Assembly: GCA_028534125.1 (NCBI GenBank)
Contig: CM052816.1
Coordinates: 99,822,001-99,886,000, forward strand
Direction of reading: 5' to 3'
Length of the DNA stretch: 64,000 nt
From: Lama glama
Taxonomy: Eukaryota
Shown: positions 1 to 12,685 of the stretch, piece after piece
Layout: each line of letters begins with the position of its first letter
How positions within the stretch are numbered: position 1 is the stretch's first letter
Made by a program: the position numbers and the translations under genes
The notes under the pieces: generated by a model
What the model was told of the DNA's origin: nothing
The model's database searches: none
The model's input: only the letters and a program-made list of their open reading frames with translations

Positions 1-696
1 ACTGACTAGGTGGCCATCTGTGCCCTCCTAGTCCCAGAAAACACCAGTTCCAAACACCACCGATCATGTCACACACGTGTTCCCCAAGTTCAGCAGTGAA
101 GGGCTGGCAGAACTGATCCTGATTTGAGGGGGGCAAGGAAGAAATGAGGTTAACCCTCCTGGAGGAGTGTCGGGGTAGACAGAGGGATGTAAGTAATTTT
201 GCCACCTAAAATTCCCACAGAAACTGTGAAAATGTCTCAGTGTCTCCCCAAGTTCTGCTTTCCCTTTTCGGTGATGTTCTGCAGATTTTGAACACATTTT
301 GAAGCTCCATAGTATCTCCTGGACACAGAATTCCCAACTCTCCATATATGACAGAGACTTTTTAACACGATGGAAAGTCAGGGCATGGGGCAGTCAGAGC
401 AGTGATCTCCTGTCTGTGGAGGCAGGGCTGGTCAGTAACCCCCAAGATGCAAGGCTGGCACATTCTGGCATTCCACCCCAAATGCACATGTGGGTACAAG
501 CCGTGCCACAGACAGCTGGGAAAAGCAGGATTATTTTCCTGTCTCAGAAATCCCATGCCTTTAGTGGATTCTATTTTTCTTAAAATCAATATTGAGAGGG
601 GAAATAAACCTCTTAAAGAGCCAGTTGTTAGAAAGGAATCAGACTCTTTTTCCTTGGCCTTAACTTTAATGAACATAATGTTTGTAAAGCTACTGC

Positions 697-1170
697 ATAG
701 GTAGATGCAGGTGTGGGTGTAGATGCGGACGCAGGTTCAGGTGGAGGTGTAGATGTGGGTGCGGATGTAGATGCAGGGGCAGGTGTAGATGTGGACGTAG
801 GTATAGATGTGGTGTAAGCGTAGGTGGAGGTGGAGGTGCAGGTGTAAGTGTAGATGCAGGTGCAGGTGCACATGCAGGTGAAGGGCTGGATGATACATGG
901 ATAGATACAGACGCAGCGACACACATGCAGGAGCAGACACGATATGGATGTAGTGGTGGAGACAGACACAGATGCAGATGCCAATACAGAGGAGACATCA
1001 GTGTGAATGACATCATACAGACGTGGATGCAGGTAGATGCAGACACACACAGCTCTTGGTCTGAGGTGGACACCGATGCTAGCGTCAGTGTGTACCTCGG
1101 TGGGTACAGACAGCATTAGACACAGACACAGCGCCAGGTCGCGATACAGGCACGGATGCAGGTGCGGTGA
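697..1170. repeat. Degenerate hexamer tandem repeat, consensus about GYAGRT
   Basis: Run of units GTAGAT/GCAGGT/GTGGGT/GCGGAC/GGAGGT. It explains the (HL)n and (TS/PA)n low-complexity ORFs at 628-1116. Confidence 0.85.
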
Positions 1171-1171
1171 G

Positions 1172-1300
1172 GAGTTCAGTTCAGGCCAATGTCATTAAGC
1201 GTTTACTGTAAGCAGTTCACAGCGCTAAGACCGTGAGCAGATGAAGAAAAACTTCAGTCGGTTTAGACTTTACTCTCATGTTGCCGTCTAGTGCGGGGAC
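1172..1300 (-). mobile_element. LINE-2 3' end fragment (old)
   Basis: Resembles the reverse-complement L2 tail (TTCAGTTCA...CATTAAGCGTTTACTGT...GCGCTAAG...CTCATG...TCTAGTGCGGGGA). Highly diverged. Confidence 0.45.
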
Positions 1301-1879
1301 TTGGGGGAGAAATAGCCAAGCTGCTGGAATAGTTTAGATTTTGATGGCAAACTCCGTGCCCCAGAAAAACAGCAGTGACGTAATTCTGGAGAAGCCTCCC
1401 CACCCGACTCGCTGGGGGTGTCGGTCAGAACGTCTCACAAGCTGCCCCCAGGACGTCAGCACCCCTCCCACGGCAGACGCTGGGCCTGGCAACCCACTAG
1501 GCGGGCAGGTGGGGCCCTCCCTCTGCCCCTTGACGTGTAGACAGCGGGGCTAAGTGGGGACTGGCCAGCGCCGTTGTCCAGAAGCTGCTTGACCTCCTTC
1601 CTGGGCTCAAGCATCTGTCCTCTCAGGGCGGATGCCTGGTTCCGGCTCTCACCCCAGCCTCCTCTTGGGGACACTTCACTGTGGGAAAAATCATATGTGC
1701 CATCACTGAGCACAACACAGCCCCATTTCGGGAGAGGGCATGGTGCAGTGGGTAAGGCACAGGATGCTGTTGGCCCAGGTAGACTGCGGTCAGCAGAATT
1801 CAGGGTGTAATCGTAGGAAGACTGAAAACAATATTGTCACTGAGAGTCACGTCAGAAGGAACCCCTCACAGCACCGCTG

Positions 1880-2640
1880 ACGCACTCCTGTGGTCTTCAC
1901 GGGGGCGGGCAGAGGCCTGACGCGCCCCCACGCCAGGAGCCCAGACGCGTCTGGGTCATTTAGTTATTGTACATTGTACGCAGTGTGTGTGTAACGTAGC
2001 AATATCATACAGGCGCTAATGCTGCTTCTTTAACCCAGTAATGAGAACCCTTGTCACCAGAGAGACGGCCTGCCTGTGAGGAGGAGCCCGAGGGGAGGCG
2101 CGATGAGCCCTTGTCAGGAGGAGCCCTCCGGCACGCGCGGCGAGTCGGGCCGTTTCACGTGCATCTGGCTGCGCCCCCGACGCTCCGCGCTCTGCTTCTG
2201 GAATGTTTTCTTATCCGCCCCACCCAACAACCCTGTGAAGGGAGGCTCCCTATTCGGGGGTGAAGACAGGACCCCAAAGCTCAGGAACGCCCCGGAGCGC
2301 GCAGGGCCGCTGCGCTTGTGGCGGCGGAGTCGGGATTTCACGCGCAGCTTTGACAGGGCCCGAGCCCCAGGCTGGCGGCCGCGGCCGCCTCGGCTGCTTG
2401 GTTCCGTGAGGTCGAGTTTCCGGAAGTGGGTCTGCCCCCCATTCTACCGGCCCTGAGCCACCTGAGCCAGCTGGCAGGGCCTCCGGGAGCGGCCCCGCCG
2501 GCCCGGGGTCCCAGCTCAGACACAGCCACCTCCCCCTCCTGCAGCCTTCCGAGCGCCGCTTCCCTTTCCTGGGTTCAGGGAAACGGGGGACAGTCTCAGA
2601 AACGATTGTTGGATTCGGGCTGCGTGAACACACTGTTCAG
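1880..2640. promoter_or_regulatory. CpG-island-like segment
   Basis: Very high GC and dense CpG (CACGCGCGGCGAGTCGGG, GGCGGCCGCGGCCGCC), with a GC box GGGGCGGG near 1901. Confidence 0.65.
2150..2370 (-). mobile_element. MIR SINE remnant embedded in the CpG island
   Basis: CAACAACCCTGTGAAGGGAGG and GGCGGAGTCGGGATTT align, in order and spacing, with the recalled MIR reverse complement (CACAACAACCCTATGAGGTAGG ... GGCAGAGCCGGGATTCGAA). Confidence 0.55.
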
Positions 2641-5600
2641 AGAACAGCTTTTCCAGTACGTGTGTGGTCCAGTCCTCGAAAGACGACAAATAAAAAGCAA
2701 GCCTCAGTGTTTTCAGGCTTTATTGCGATTCCCCCCAAGCATTTTAAAAACCCAGAAAGTTTGCGTTGGACGTTCCCGCTATCTGTACGGCTCTTCATCA
2801 AAAGAAACGAGAATGGAGTTTAGGATCACTTTAGGTCCCATCTGTTCTGTGATGCCACTGCAGCTGGCACGGCGCGCCGCGAACATCCCTCCACGGCGCC
2901 CTTTACACACCATCCATGCACTTGCGGTCGAATAAGTGAGCGCGGCCGAGCATCTGTTTGTATTCTCAGGCAGCAGGAGGACTGCCGTCCTTAAAAGGGC
3001 TCCCCAGCATCCGGCTGAAATGAACTCTGTAATTTTAGCACTTCTGATATTTTTATTTTGCCAAAAGAAATACCCATCGCATATAATGCGCTCTTATTTT
3101 TCTTTAACCCAGAGACTTAACTAAAATGGTAGCTGCAAGTTGGAAATGTGTCTTCAGCCTCATGTGTGTTTTAGGAGCCAGACATAGGCAGCCCAAGCTA
3201 GCCAAGCGTCCAGAGCTTCCTCGCTTCCACTCCACACCAACAGCAGAGGACCGCAGCATTTGAAGGAGAATGGTCATATCATGTCAGTGTTTTCTCCCCA
3301 GTTTCTCTTGTTTTACTGTGTTTTGTTTTTAAACCAGAGAAATGCCAGGTCATGTGCGTGCTTTTCTGTGCCTGTTCTCAGCCCACCTCGAAGACTCTCT
3401 TCCAGAGCAGAAGAGCCCTGACTCTGGAGGAGAGCCCTTGTCGGGCTCAGACGCGGTCCGTGACTTGGGTAGGTAAGATGCTACCGGCCCCGACTGGTCT
3501 GCCCAGCCTCTGCCATGGCGGCCTGGGTCCCACCTGCCCCTGAAAAGCATGACACGCACGGGAGGAGGTCGTGGCGGCGTGGACCTACCCGTGCGTCGTG
3601 AGTCTTGCTCGAGAAGCTGCTGCTCCACAGAAATGCAGGTGAAGGTGGCACACCTGGTCAAACCCTTCCTTGAGTCTCCAAGCAAAACTCTGCAAAGCGC
3701 AGGGGAAGTGGTCCACGAGTCCTCCTGCAACTGCTCTGTTGGGAAAGCCTCAGCCTCACATTCCAACAAGTCTCCCCAGACGGAACAGGTGCCCAGTGAG
3801 CCCTGAGCTGGTGGGGCAGTGAGACCGGGTCATGAACAGCCTCCCGGTGACCCGGTGAACGTCGGTCATTCCCCGCCCTCCCCCCCGGGGTGTTTTCATA
3901 GCAGGGGACGCGTAGTGGTTTCCGACGGCGAGTCCAGCCAGCAGCCCCTGGACAGCTCCCGCTTTCCCGTAGTTCTGGCTCCAGGTCCCAGGGCGGCAGT
4001 TCCCAGCGCTCACAATGCCGGGCCTGGGCTGGCCTGAGCTGTTCTCCCCGTGGCCGTGGACTTCCCAGCTGCATGCGGTGTGGCTGGTGAGGGGGGAGGA
4101 AAGCGCAAAAACGAAAGGGCACGCATTTTGGGGTTCCCCAAAGTTTGGGGATCCTGGCATTGCATATCCACCGAACCTTCCTGGGCGCTCGTGTGGGTGA
4201 CGATGGCTCCACACGGGTGAAAGCGCGTCTCTGCCTTAAGCACACTTGTAGTCGGAGGCTACATGTGATTAACATGCCTTCACCGGCATCTGAGCCAAGG
4301 AAAGTCGCAGTGACGCCCAACAGGACTGGAGGGGGTCTGGGGGGGGGCAACTCGGTCCCATCGGCCGGGTGCTGGTCTCTAAGGGCCTGTGGACTTTCTA
4401 GGATATTCAGCCCACGTTTCAGACGATAAAACAGCCCCCAGCTAAGTGACGGCAGAGGAAAGAGTCAAACTCAGGGCTGACCGATTCCAATGTTACATTT
4501 TCTTTTTCACACATTAATAAGCCTTCTTTGGGTCAAGAATTGACTGGTTTGTACTAGACCCATCCTCCAGGGGCACCAAGGCACAGAGACCCCGCCTAGG
4601 CTTCTATGTCCTGTTCTTGCGGAGTCTGCAGTGATCTCAAAGGTTTTTGTAAAGACAGATGGGCTGTGTGTACTCGTTCACACAAACAGCACATCTTCAA
4701 ATTCCTAACTCATGGTTTTCTGAAAATAGCCACTTACTTTATTAACTGTCCATCTCAGGTGTAAGGATTTCTCCTCCACGCTTTTGCCTTAAGGAGGCTG
4801 CCCAAATTTGTGCCACGTTTACATCGGTGTGCCCACATGAGTGTCTGGGAGCTGATGCAGGCTCGGAGTAGCCGGTGCAGAGGGAGGGGACCACATGACA
4901 GCGGGAAGTCCAGGTCACCAGCTCCTAGGCTGTGCTGCCCTCAGTACTGCTCCTGGAAAGGGGTTACCCCGGCGGGGAGACCCAGTGGTTCTCACAGCCA
5001 CGGGCTGTTTCCATATAAGCAGCGGAAAGCCGCAGTGAAGGAATCAGTTGCAAACACGTGTGTTGACGGGTTTCCCTGCTAATGGCCAGGAGCCCAGCAG
5101 GGTAGACACCCACGCTTCCGGTGAGCTCATGTTTGCAATCTGCTCTTTGAAAGCCTGGGGTGTTAGCTTCAAACAATGGGACTCAAAGGGCCACGAGCTA
5201 ATGCATTTCCTTGGGGTGACTCTCACAGCTCTGGTGCACCCATCCCGTTCTGGATGGCATTGGTCCTCACCCCGGCCAGCACGCTCTGTTTGGGGCAAAT
5301 CACAGCTGGGACTCACAGCTGAAGAATGACATGGAAACAGCAGTCCCCAGTGGTGCACACGCCACCAGGCCAGACGCCCCAGCTCGTTTAAACCCGCCTG
5401 CCAGGCTGCTTCTGAAAACGTCCACGCAGGGCAAAGGAGCACCGATGACGTCGTAAGGTGAAGGCCAGTTTCCCTTCATCTGATGGCTTTGAGCCTTCGC
5501 GTGGTCTCTGTAACCGGGCAGCCAGCAGGTGGAGAACAGCAGGACGGCTGGGCTTCCCGTTGTTTAAATCTACAGGTGGTGAAACAGCTCCCTGAAGCAT

Positions 5601-6636
5601 TCCTGATATGAGTCAATTCTCATATTAGGAAAGTTCTCAATTAGGAAACTTTATCATTAAATCTTCAGAGGCAGTGGAAGACCAGGCGGTTCTCCAGAAT
5701 GGCCACTGCTGGTCAGCCGGGCTGGCTCCAGCCTCATCACTGGACGAGGGGTGGGCTCAGTCCTGAGCCCGGAGCCTGGAGGAACCCACGCAGGTGGAGG
5801 CAAGTTCACCTGGTGGAGGTGGACACCACAAAGATGAAGACGCGCTAACCGCAGCCGCTGGGCTCGCCGCCGACTCCAGCTTCCATCGCCTTCTCTCTTT
5901 TGAAGAGCATAAGAGAACCAGTGTCTCACCTGCCACAGCGACGCAAGAGGGGATAAGCTTTGCCTCTCACTTACGCTTTTTTGTCTCCGATGAGAGCAAG
6001 TGGGCGTAGACTGAGGATGCGCGGGTTCCCTGGGAGGACCGCTGTCCTCTCTGCCACCCCCCACCCCACACGCTCTCCCTCGGAAAGTCCCCGTGTCGAG
6101 ACTGCGGTGCTAGGCAGGGCTGCTCTGAAAGTCAATGTCTCGCTCTTTTTGAAAGCTTCGCTCGCTGTGCGTTTTTAGAGGCGAGCTTCAAACTGTCAGA
6201 ATTGTGTTGCCATTGATGGAGCTGGCCTGGGATGGATGCCCAGAGGGCTGTCTGACTGGAAATTGTGAGACAAAACTTGACTTGCATTAATTCTCCTGGG
6301 AGCTCAGGGAAAGAAGGCAAAGAAGTCAGTGTCCTGGCTGCACGAGCGGATGATCCGTAATATTAGTGGTCAACGGATGTCCTGCTTCCCCAGCTTTAAT
6401 GGCATCTCTTATGCACACAGTATTTGCCAAGACGATACTTCTGGTGATGTTTGGATCCAATGGCCTCTAGAGACATTGCCAGCAGTATCCTGGATGCCTC
6501 TAAACACTAGCTGGCCATTTGAGTGCAGAACTCGGAAAGGAAAGCAGTAGCTTTCTTTAAGGATGTTAAGTGCTAACACCGTGAGCCTCTGAGAGCTTTT
6601 CATCTATTTTAGAGACAATTTACAGTACAAATTTTC

Positions 6637-7060
6637 TTTTTAAAATTTTTTTTATTTAAGTATGGTTGATTTATAATGTTGAGTAAAGTGATTCAGTTAT
6701 ACATATATATTCTTCTTCAGATTATTTTCCAATATAGGTTATTACAGGGTATGAGTGTAGCTCCCTGTGCTGTGCAGTAGGACTTCGCTGTTGATCAACT
6801 TTATACACAGTAGTGTGTGTCTGCGAATCCCAAACCCAGATTCATCCCTCCTCCCCCGCTTCCCCTTTGGTCACCATAGTTCGTTTTCTGTGTCCGTGAG
6901 TCTGTTTGGGTTTGTGAATAGAATTTGCATCTTTTTTTTTAGATTCCAAGTACAAATATTATATGATATTTGTGTTTCTCTGACTTACTTCACTTAGTGT
7001 GATCATCTCTAGGTCCATCCATGTTGCTGCAAATGGCATGATTTCATTTCATGGCTGAGC
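6637..7060 (-). mobile_element. 5'-truncated L1 3' end (artiodactyl-type L1 3'UTR)
   Basis: Poly-T, then AAGTATGGTTGATTTATAATGTTG...GTGATTCAGTTATACATAT...GGTCCATCCATGTTGCTGCAAATGGC. Flanked by a degenerate 16-bp TSD, TACAGTACAAATTTTC (6621-6636) / TATAGGACAAATCTTC (7061-7076). Confidence 0.92.
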
Positions 7061-8959
7061 TATAGGACAAATCTTCCCGTTTGCATTTAGCTATTGCAGG
7101 TCTTTTATGAAAGTCTCAAAACTTCTCAGTAAACGTTGTCACCACGTAGCCGGTCTCAGGCGCTCTGAACACTTTCACTGTGAGATGAAACGGGCCCGGT
7201 TAGCTCGGGGATGCCCAAAGTGCCCGGGATTGGCTGTGAGAGCTGCACGGCCTCAGGAGTGCACTCCCATCCACTGACTGCACGCTTTAAAATGGCGAGA
7301 TTCGTGGCGTGTGAAGTGCTTCTCAGCAAAGATAAAGTTAGCGCTGGAGACCAGCCTTCCACGGAGACCAGATTTCATCAAACCTCCTCGCTATCTCAGC
7401 CGGGCCTTTCATTCAGACTTCTGTCCAAAGAGTGTCATTTCTTAAAAGATCCTCTGGTTTCGCTTTAACTTTTCTGTCTGTTTGAGCAAAGGGCCTAGGT
7501 TTTTCTAGTTGCGAGTTGCCACTTGTTAAAAGGGTTATGAAACAAATTTCCTAGATTGGGGGATTTTTATTAGAACAAATCAGAATGGAAAGTTTCAGTT
7601 CTGTAGGTCCCAGGCCACAGGCCGACTGGATTACTGGCTGCGGTTCACGCTGCAAGATTCAGGCGGCCTCTGCCTGGTCCTCCCACTGAGCCTCTGCAGC
7701 CGGAGCCCTGCACTGCCGTTGTTGCTTCCGGCCGCTTCGAGAGAGAGCGCCGTCACACTCTAAAGCTGATAACATCTGAAGCGCTGAGGCAGCACTACCT
7801 GTAGGCGATTCTGAAAAATAAAATAAAGCAAACCTTTCGATCTGCTGGCGAACCCCGTGGACACACTGATTCGCTCTGTCTTCTGAACAGCCTTACGCAG
7901 TTGCTGCTTCGAGCACAGAGCGCGAGCTGGTGTCTCTGAGAGCAGGTCCGTCAGGGATGCCCTGAAAATGCTCACGGGTCCTTTCGGACGTAGGTCTCCA
8001 CCAGAGAACATGTGTTCTCATGGAGATTCTTATCTTTGTCAAAAATATGTATTTTGTTAGGGCCAGGAGGTGTTTGTCTTCTAAGTGAATGAGAACTTGC
8101 TACAAAGACAGGGTGGATGGCATTTTTAATGAGCTGCAGGCCAGGCCCTGGCTACGTGGGGAGGGGGCACTTCAAGGGCCAAGGTCATCAAGTTCCAAGG
8201 TCACGTCATCAGCCTACCAAAGGCCCACCCCAAGGATCCCAAAGTGGAAACAGCGCCTTTTTAGGGTCTGCGTCTAACATGGCATCAGGGACCCGAGCCT
8301 CCAACCCTGTCCCTGCACCTCACCTCCATGCTGCACGTCTGCTCCAGTGCGCTCAGAACTCAGTTGTCTCAGAGGACAGAGAGCTTCCCATGTGTTGGAA
8401 GATGTGTCAGTGCAGATATCTTGCGCAGACGGGAAACAAGGCCTCAGAATATGTACCGAGCCCACTGGCACCTAAGTCGGAGAAGTTCTCCAGTCAAGCA
8501 GCTGAGTCTCTTGTCCAAGCGCGTCCTCAGTTGCTGGAGGCGCTGGGGCTTCCGTCACCTTCTGTCTCTACTCACACCTGTCTTCTCTGGGCGAGGTGCA
8601 ACCTTCACAACCACAGAGCAAGGAGGACGCGTCCGCCCACCTGAGCGACCAGGTCCTACGCCCGCCCTGGCCTCCGGAGCCCCTGGGGACTTTGGTCTAC
8701 CCGGACCTGCAGGCGCCTCCTCACCAGGACGACCCCCCAGCCTGCCTGCTGCTTTGTCACCCCCGGTCGACCTCTTCTGGGCACTCGGTCCCCGATTCTG
8801 CTCTCCATGTCCTGCTGGTACATGCAGCCGAGCCCTGGCCTGGGGAGAGACCCCGCCTCCTTGGTTCTCACCCACAGCCCCACCAGGACTCTCCTGGACC
8901 CGGCCTGACGGTGTCACCTGGGAGAGAGGGTAACCCTCTAGGGGAGAAACAATGACCTC

Positions 8960-9520
8960 TGAGGCCAGCCGTTCAGCCTGGGAGGTCAGAGTGTGCTGGC
9001 CCTCCCTCCCCGGTGCCATTGTTGGCCGAGAATGAGTTCTTGTCTCGTGAAGGAAATAATTGAAGAGCGAGCCAAAGTACAGTGAAAGATGCAAGTTCCA
9101 TAGACAGCGTGCAGGCCGTCTCAGAAGGCAAGAGAGGTGACCCCAGAGCATGGGACCCTCTAGAAAAGTGAGGGCGACCACGAGGTACGGGGTGGGTGGC
9201 TTTTATGGGCTGGCCAATTTCGTATCCTAACAAGTAGAGGATAATTCCAACATCTTTGGGGAAGGAACAGGGATTTCTAGGAACTGGGCCGCCACTCACT
9301 CTTTGTCCTTTTACGGGAGCTGTCATGGTGCCCATGGGGGTGTCATTTAGCAGCTAATGTACCATAGTCAGCCTATAATGAGGCTCAAGTTTTCCTGAAG
9401 GTGAATCTCCCGCCATCTTGGGCCTAGTTGGTTCTAACCAGTTGGTGTCACATCCTGTTTTTCTCAATGGCTGTGTCCTTCTTTTGACGATTGTGCCCTG
9501 CCCCCTTCCCTCCCATCTCA
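8960..9520 (-). mobile_element. ERV1-class solo LTR, MER41-like
   Basis: The minus strand starts TGAGATGGGAGGG. It carries MER41-type blocks in order: CCAAGATGGCG, CACCATGACAG, GTTCCTAGAA...TTCCCCAAA...GAATTATCC, CCATAAAAG, CTGTCTATGG, CTTTCACTGTACTTTGGCTCGC, GAGACAAGAAC. Left boundary is uncertain (8960-9020). Confidence 0.8.
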
Positions 9521-9609
9521 CTGTCACTTCTGAGTGAGCCTTGTGACCTGGAGCACCTCAGGTCCAGGCAGAAGCAGGCACAGAGGGTGACTTAGCACCC
9601 ACCCTGGTG

Positions 9610-9990
9610 TCCCAGGCCACTCAGTCCACAAAACAAATCCCACAGGCCAGAGGCTTAACCAGCAGGTGTTCATTTCTCCCATCTCAGGAGGCTGGACCTC
9701 CAAGGTCAAGGTGTGCACTGCCTTGGATCCTGGAGAGAGCCCGCTCTCTGGCAGAGATGGACTCCATCTCTCTGTGTCCTCACCTGGCAGGCGGAGGTGG
9801 GGCAGGTGGGGCAGGTGGGTCTGCTCGCTCTGCCTCTTCTTATACGGGCAGTAATCCGTGGTGGTGGCCCCACCCTCATAACCATGTCTGAGCCTAGCCA
9901 CCTCCCAAAGACCCTTCCAAATGCCAGTGCACTGGGAGTTAGGGCTTCAGCATGTGGATCTGAGGGGACACAAACCTTCAGTCCGTAGCA
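9610..9990 (-). mobile_element. MaLR LTR, MLT1A-like
   Basis: The minus strand begins TGCTACGGACTGAAGGTTTGTGTCCCC...GAAGCCCTAACTCCCA...TTTGGGAGGT...ATGAGGGTGGGGCC, the MLT1A 5' consensus pattern. Confidence 0.85.
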
Positions 9991-12685
9991 TCTGGTGATG
10001 ATACTGGTCATGGAGAAGGGGACGCTTCCATGGGCCCCGGGGGACTGCAAGGTGACTGAACGTGTGAAGACTATGATTTCTGAAGCCCCAGGCATCCTGC
10101 CATGATGAAGGTCGTCCACAGATTCAGGCCGGGGCGCAGCGGTAGGGCAGCGAGGGCGCGGTCAGAGGCCCCGCCCCAGGAGGGCCTGCCATGTGACAAG
10201 CGCGGAAGAACTGAGGTTGGAAACCCCAACGGTGTTAACGCAGCCAGTTCACGGGGACCACTGTGCCCCGCAGGCTTGGGATCTTTAAAACACCTCAGAC
10301 TCTTTCTCAAAACTGACAGTTTTTCTAAGTTTTTTTTAAAGAGCTTTTAGTTTCAAATAAAATTAAGGAAACATTCAAATCTGTCCTCTCTGATTCTTTA
10401 TGTAGGTAATTACGGGTACAGCTCTGCAAAGGCTGGAGCCAAACCGATCATGTATTTCATGGCTTTGAGCCATTTGGAAGAAGAGCGAAGTGCATTGTCT
10501 CAGTGTGCGTAGAAGGGGAGCTTGTGGAGATCGGGGAGGTCTCAGTTCTAGGCTAGTCGGCATGGGCGTGGCCTCACTCTGCCGGGTCTCAGCTCCCATC
10601 TGGCGGGGACACCGCATCTTCTCGCCAGCGTTCAGGAGAGGACGCTGGTAGACGCCCTGGAGAGACGGCCCTGGGAAGTGCTGCACCGGAGACGGCCTGG
10701 GGCTCCAGAAGCCCCCCTGCCAAAACCCACTTACCTTTCTTCAACCCGCTGGCCTGACCGCAAGTGACCTGAGAACCCCCCGAGGATCGCGCAGCCCCAG
10801 GAGCACCCCTCGAGGGGAGACCGAGCTGGAGAGTCTCGGGCTTTTTCTGGTTCTTAGAGGACACCCTGCTTGTTTTCTGATGCAACGTGTAAGCGACGTT
10901 TCTCCCTGGGTGTCTGCTGAAAACCAAGCCCGCTGTGCCGAGGAAGGTCTTCTGGGGAGCCGTCTGCGTCAAAGAAAAAAGAAACAAAAATTAAACCCCA
11001 AGAGCCTGTTCCTACAACAGGAGGCGTGACCGCCAAGGATGAGAGCAGCGCTTCACTTGGCTAATTTTTCCCTCTTTGCTGTAGGTTGAACGTGTGGTGG
11101 TGGGGACGGGCTCTGGGCACAGCTGGGCAAGGAGCGCCTCAGCGCTGCTGACTTCGTTTTCACTGTGTATCAGCCTGATCTGGGAGCAAAAGAGAGCTCT
11201 GAGGTGTCAGGAGCCTCGGAGGGTGTCACTTTGCAGGGAAACGTTTCTCTAGAACAAGTAAGCATTTTTGTTCGCGTTAAGAAGCCAACAAAGCTGCGAC
11301 TTGGTGAGCATGCATCAGAAACATGAAAGAATCGGAACGTAAACACTCGGGCTGCCCTGAAACAGGACCTGACTTCCTGAGGTAGAGCTGGAGGCAGGAC
11401 GCACACGGACTCAAAGGGCGGAATGCAGTTTTTCAAGGATTATTGTATTTTAATCTTGTTTTTCTGCCACACCCCCGAATGTCCTATTCTCTCCGTATTG
11501 CAAACTAATGGATTGATTACTTAATAATGTAAAAAAAATTTAAAATCTCAACTGTGACAATACTGCTTCACATCATCATAGGGGACATTCTAAGACATTT
11601 GATCTATTTTGTGTTGCGATCCCCATCCTTCTGAGCGTGTGCTCCCTCGGCGGTCCGCACAAGGGCCACTTCTTTAGAAAGAGCCCTCCTGACCCCCAAG
11701 ATAATTGATGACAGACTGATGACCATCACCAATTTCCTCCACTTTCTGGAAATGTGGCTTCAGCCCAGACCCATCACTAGCCAGGTGTTGGTATGGCAAC
11801 CATGTCTCTGTGTCGCTCATCTGTATCTGGGGAACCCAGAGTATCTACTTCATAAATCTGTGAGTCAAACACTCCGGGCAGCCACCAACACGACAGGCTT
11901 TAACCCCGTTTTTCTACTACCAGTAGCAATCGTTTCAGTGACGCATGTGTGCAATCAAGTAACTTTTCTGTTTCCAGCTAAAGTGGCTTTGATTGGGCCC
12001 CTGGCATGGAAAAACCCAGCAACACAAGGAGCTGAAGTGCCAACATCATGATGAAAAGGAAACATGGACATTTTTGTTTGTGAAAGAACCAGTCACAAAG
12101 CGAAACCATTTCAGGAAAGGCTTTTTACAAACTGGGAAAGCATTGAATATTGCGGAATTGAGTGTCTCTGCCTCTCACCCCCTGTTGTCCTGCAGCTGCC
12201 TGAAATCTTGTCCCCAAAGTCCCCTGGCATGTTCTAACCCCATGGCTTTTTTAATGGCTTCCAGGTGAGCCTATTACTAACTTTCAAAATCAGTGGAAAA
12301 GAATTCGATCAGCCCAGCCCCTGAGAGTCCGCTGCCTTGGGTCTCCCCAGCACGGACGGGCTGCACCGTGACTCACCTGCCCTGCATCCAGGGCTGCTGC
12401 CCACCTGCAGCTGTGGCTCTCCCACACATAGGCCGCTGGTGGCAGGGAGACATCCAGGGCTGGCTTTTAAGGGAAACTACCTGCGATGGGCAGTGTTTAA
12501 AAAGACCCCACCTCCCGTTCCTCCCACGAGGACAATTTCATTCTTGTTTACCTAAAGGCAGCAACTGGAGAGGGCAGGGTGCCTCTCACCCGGCCCTCCT
12601 CACTCCTCCGGGGAACTGGTGGTCGGAGGCTCGACTTCCATTCACAGCAGGACTGAGACGGTCGCGTTTCCTGTCGCAGCCCTCG

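Noticed and set aside
628..1116. ORFs encoding His-Leu and Thr/Ser/Pro/Ala repeats (mucin-like)
   Set aside because: By-product of the degenerate hexamer repeat; open in several frames, with no gene structure.
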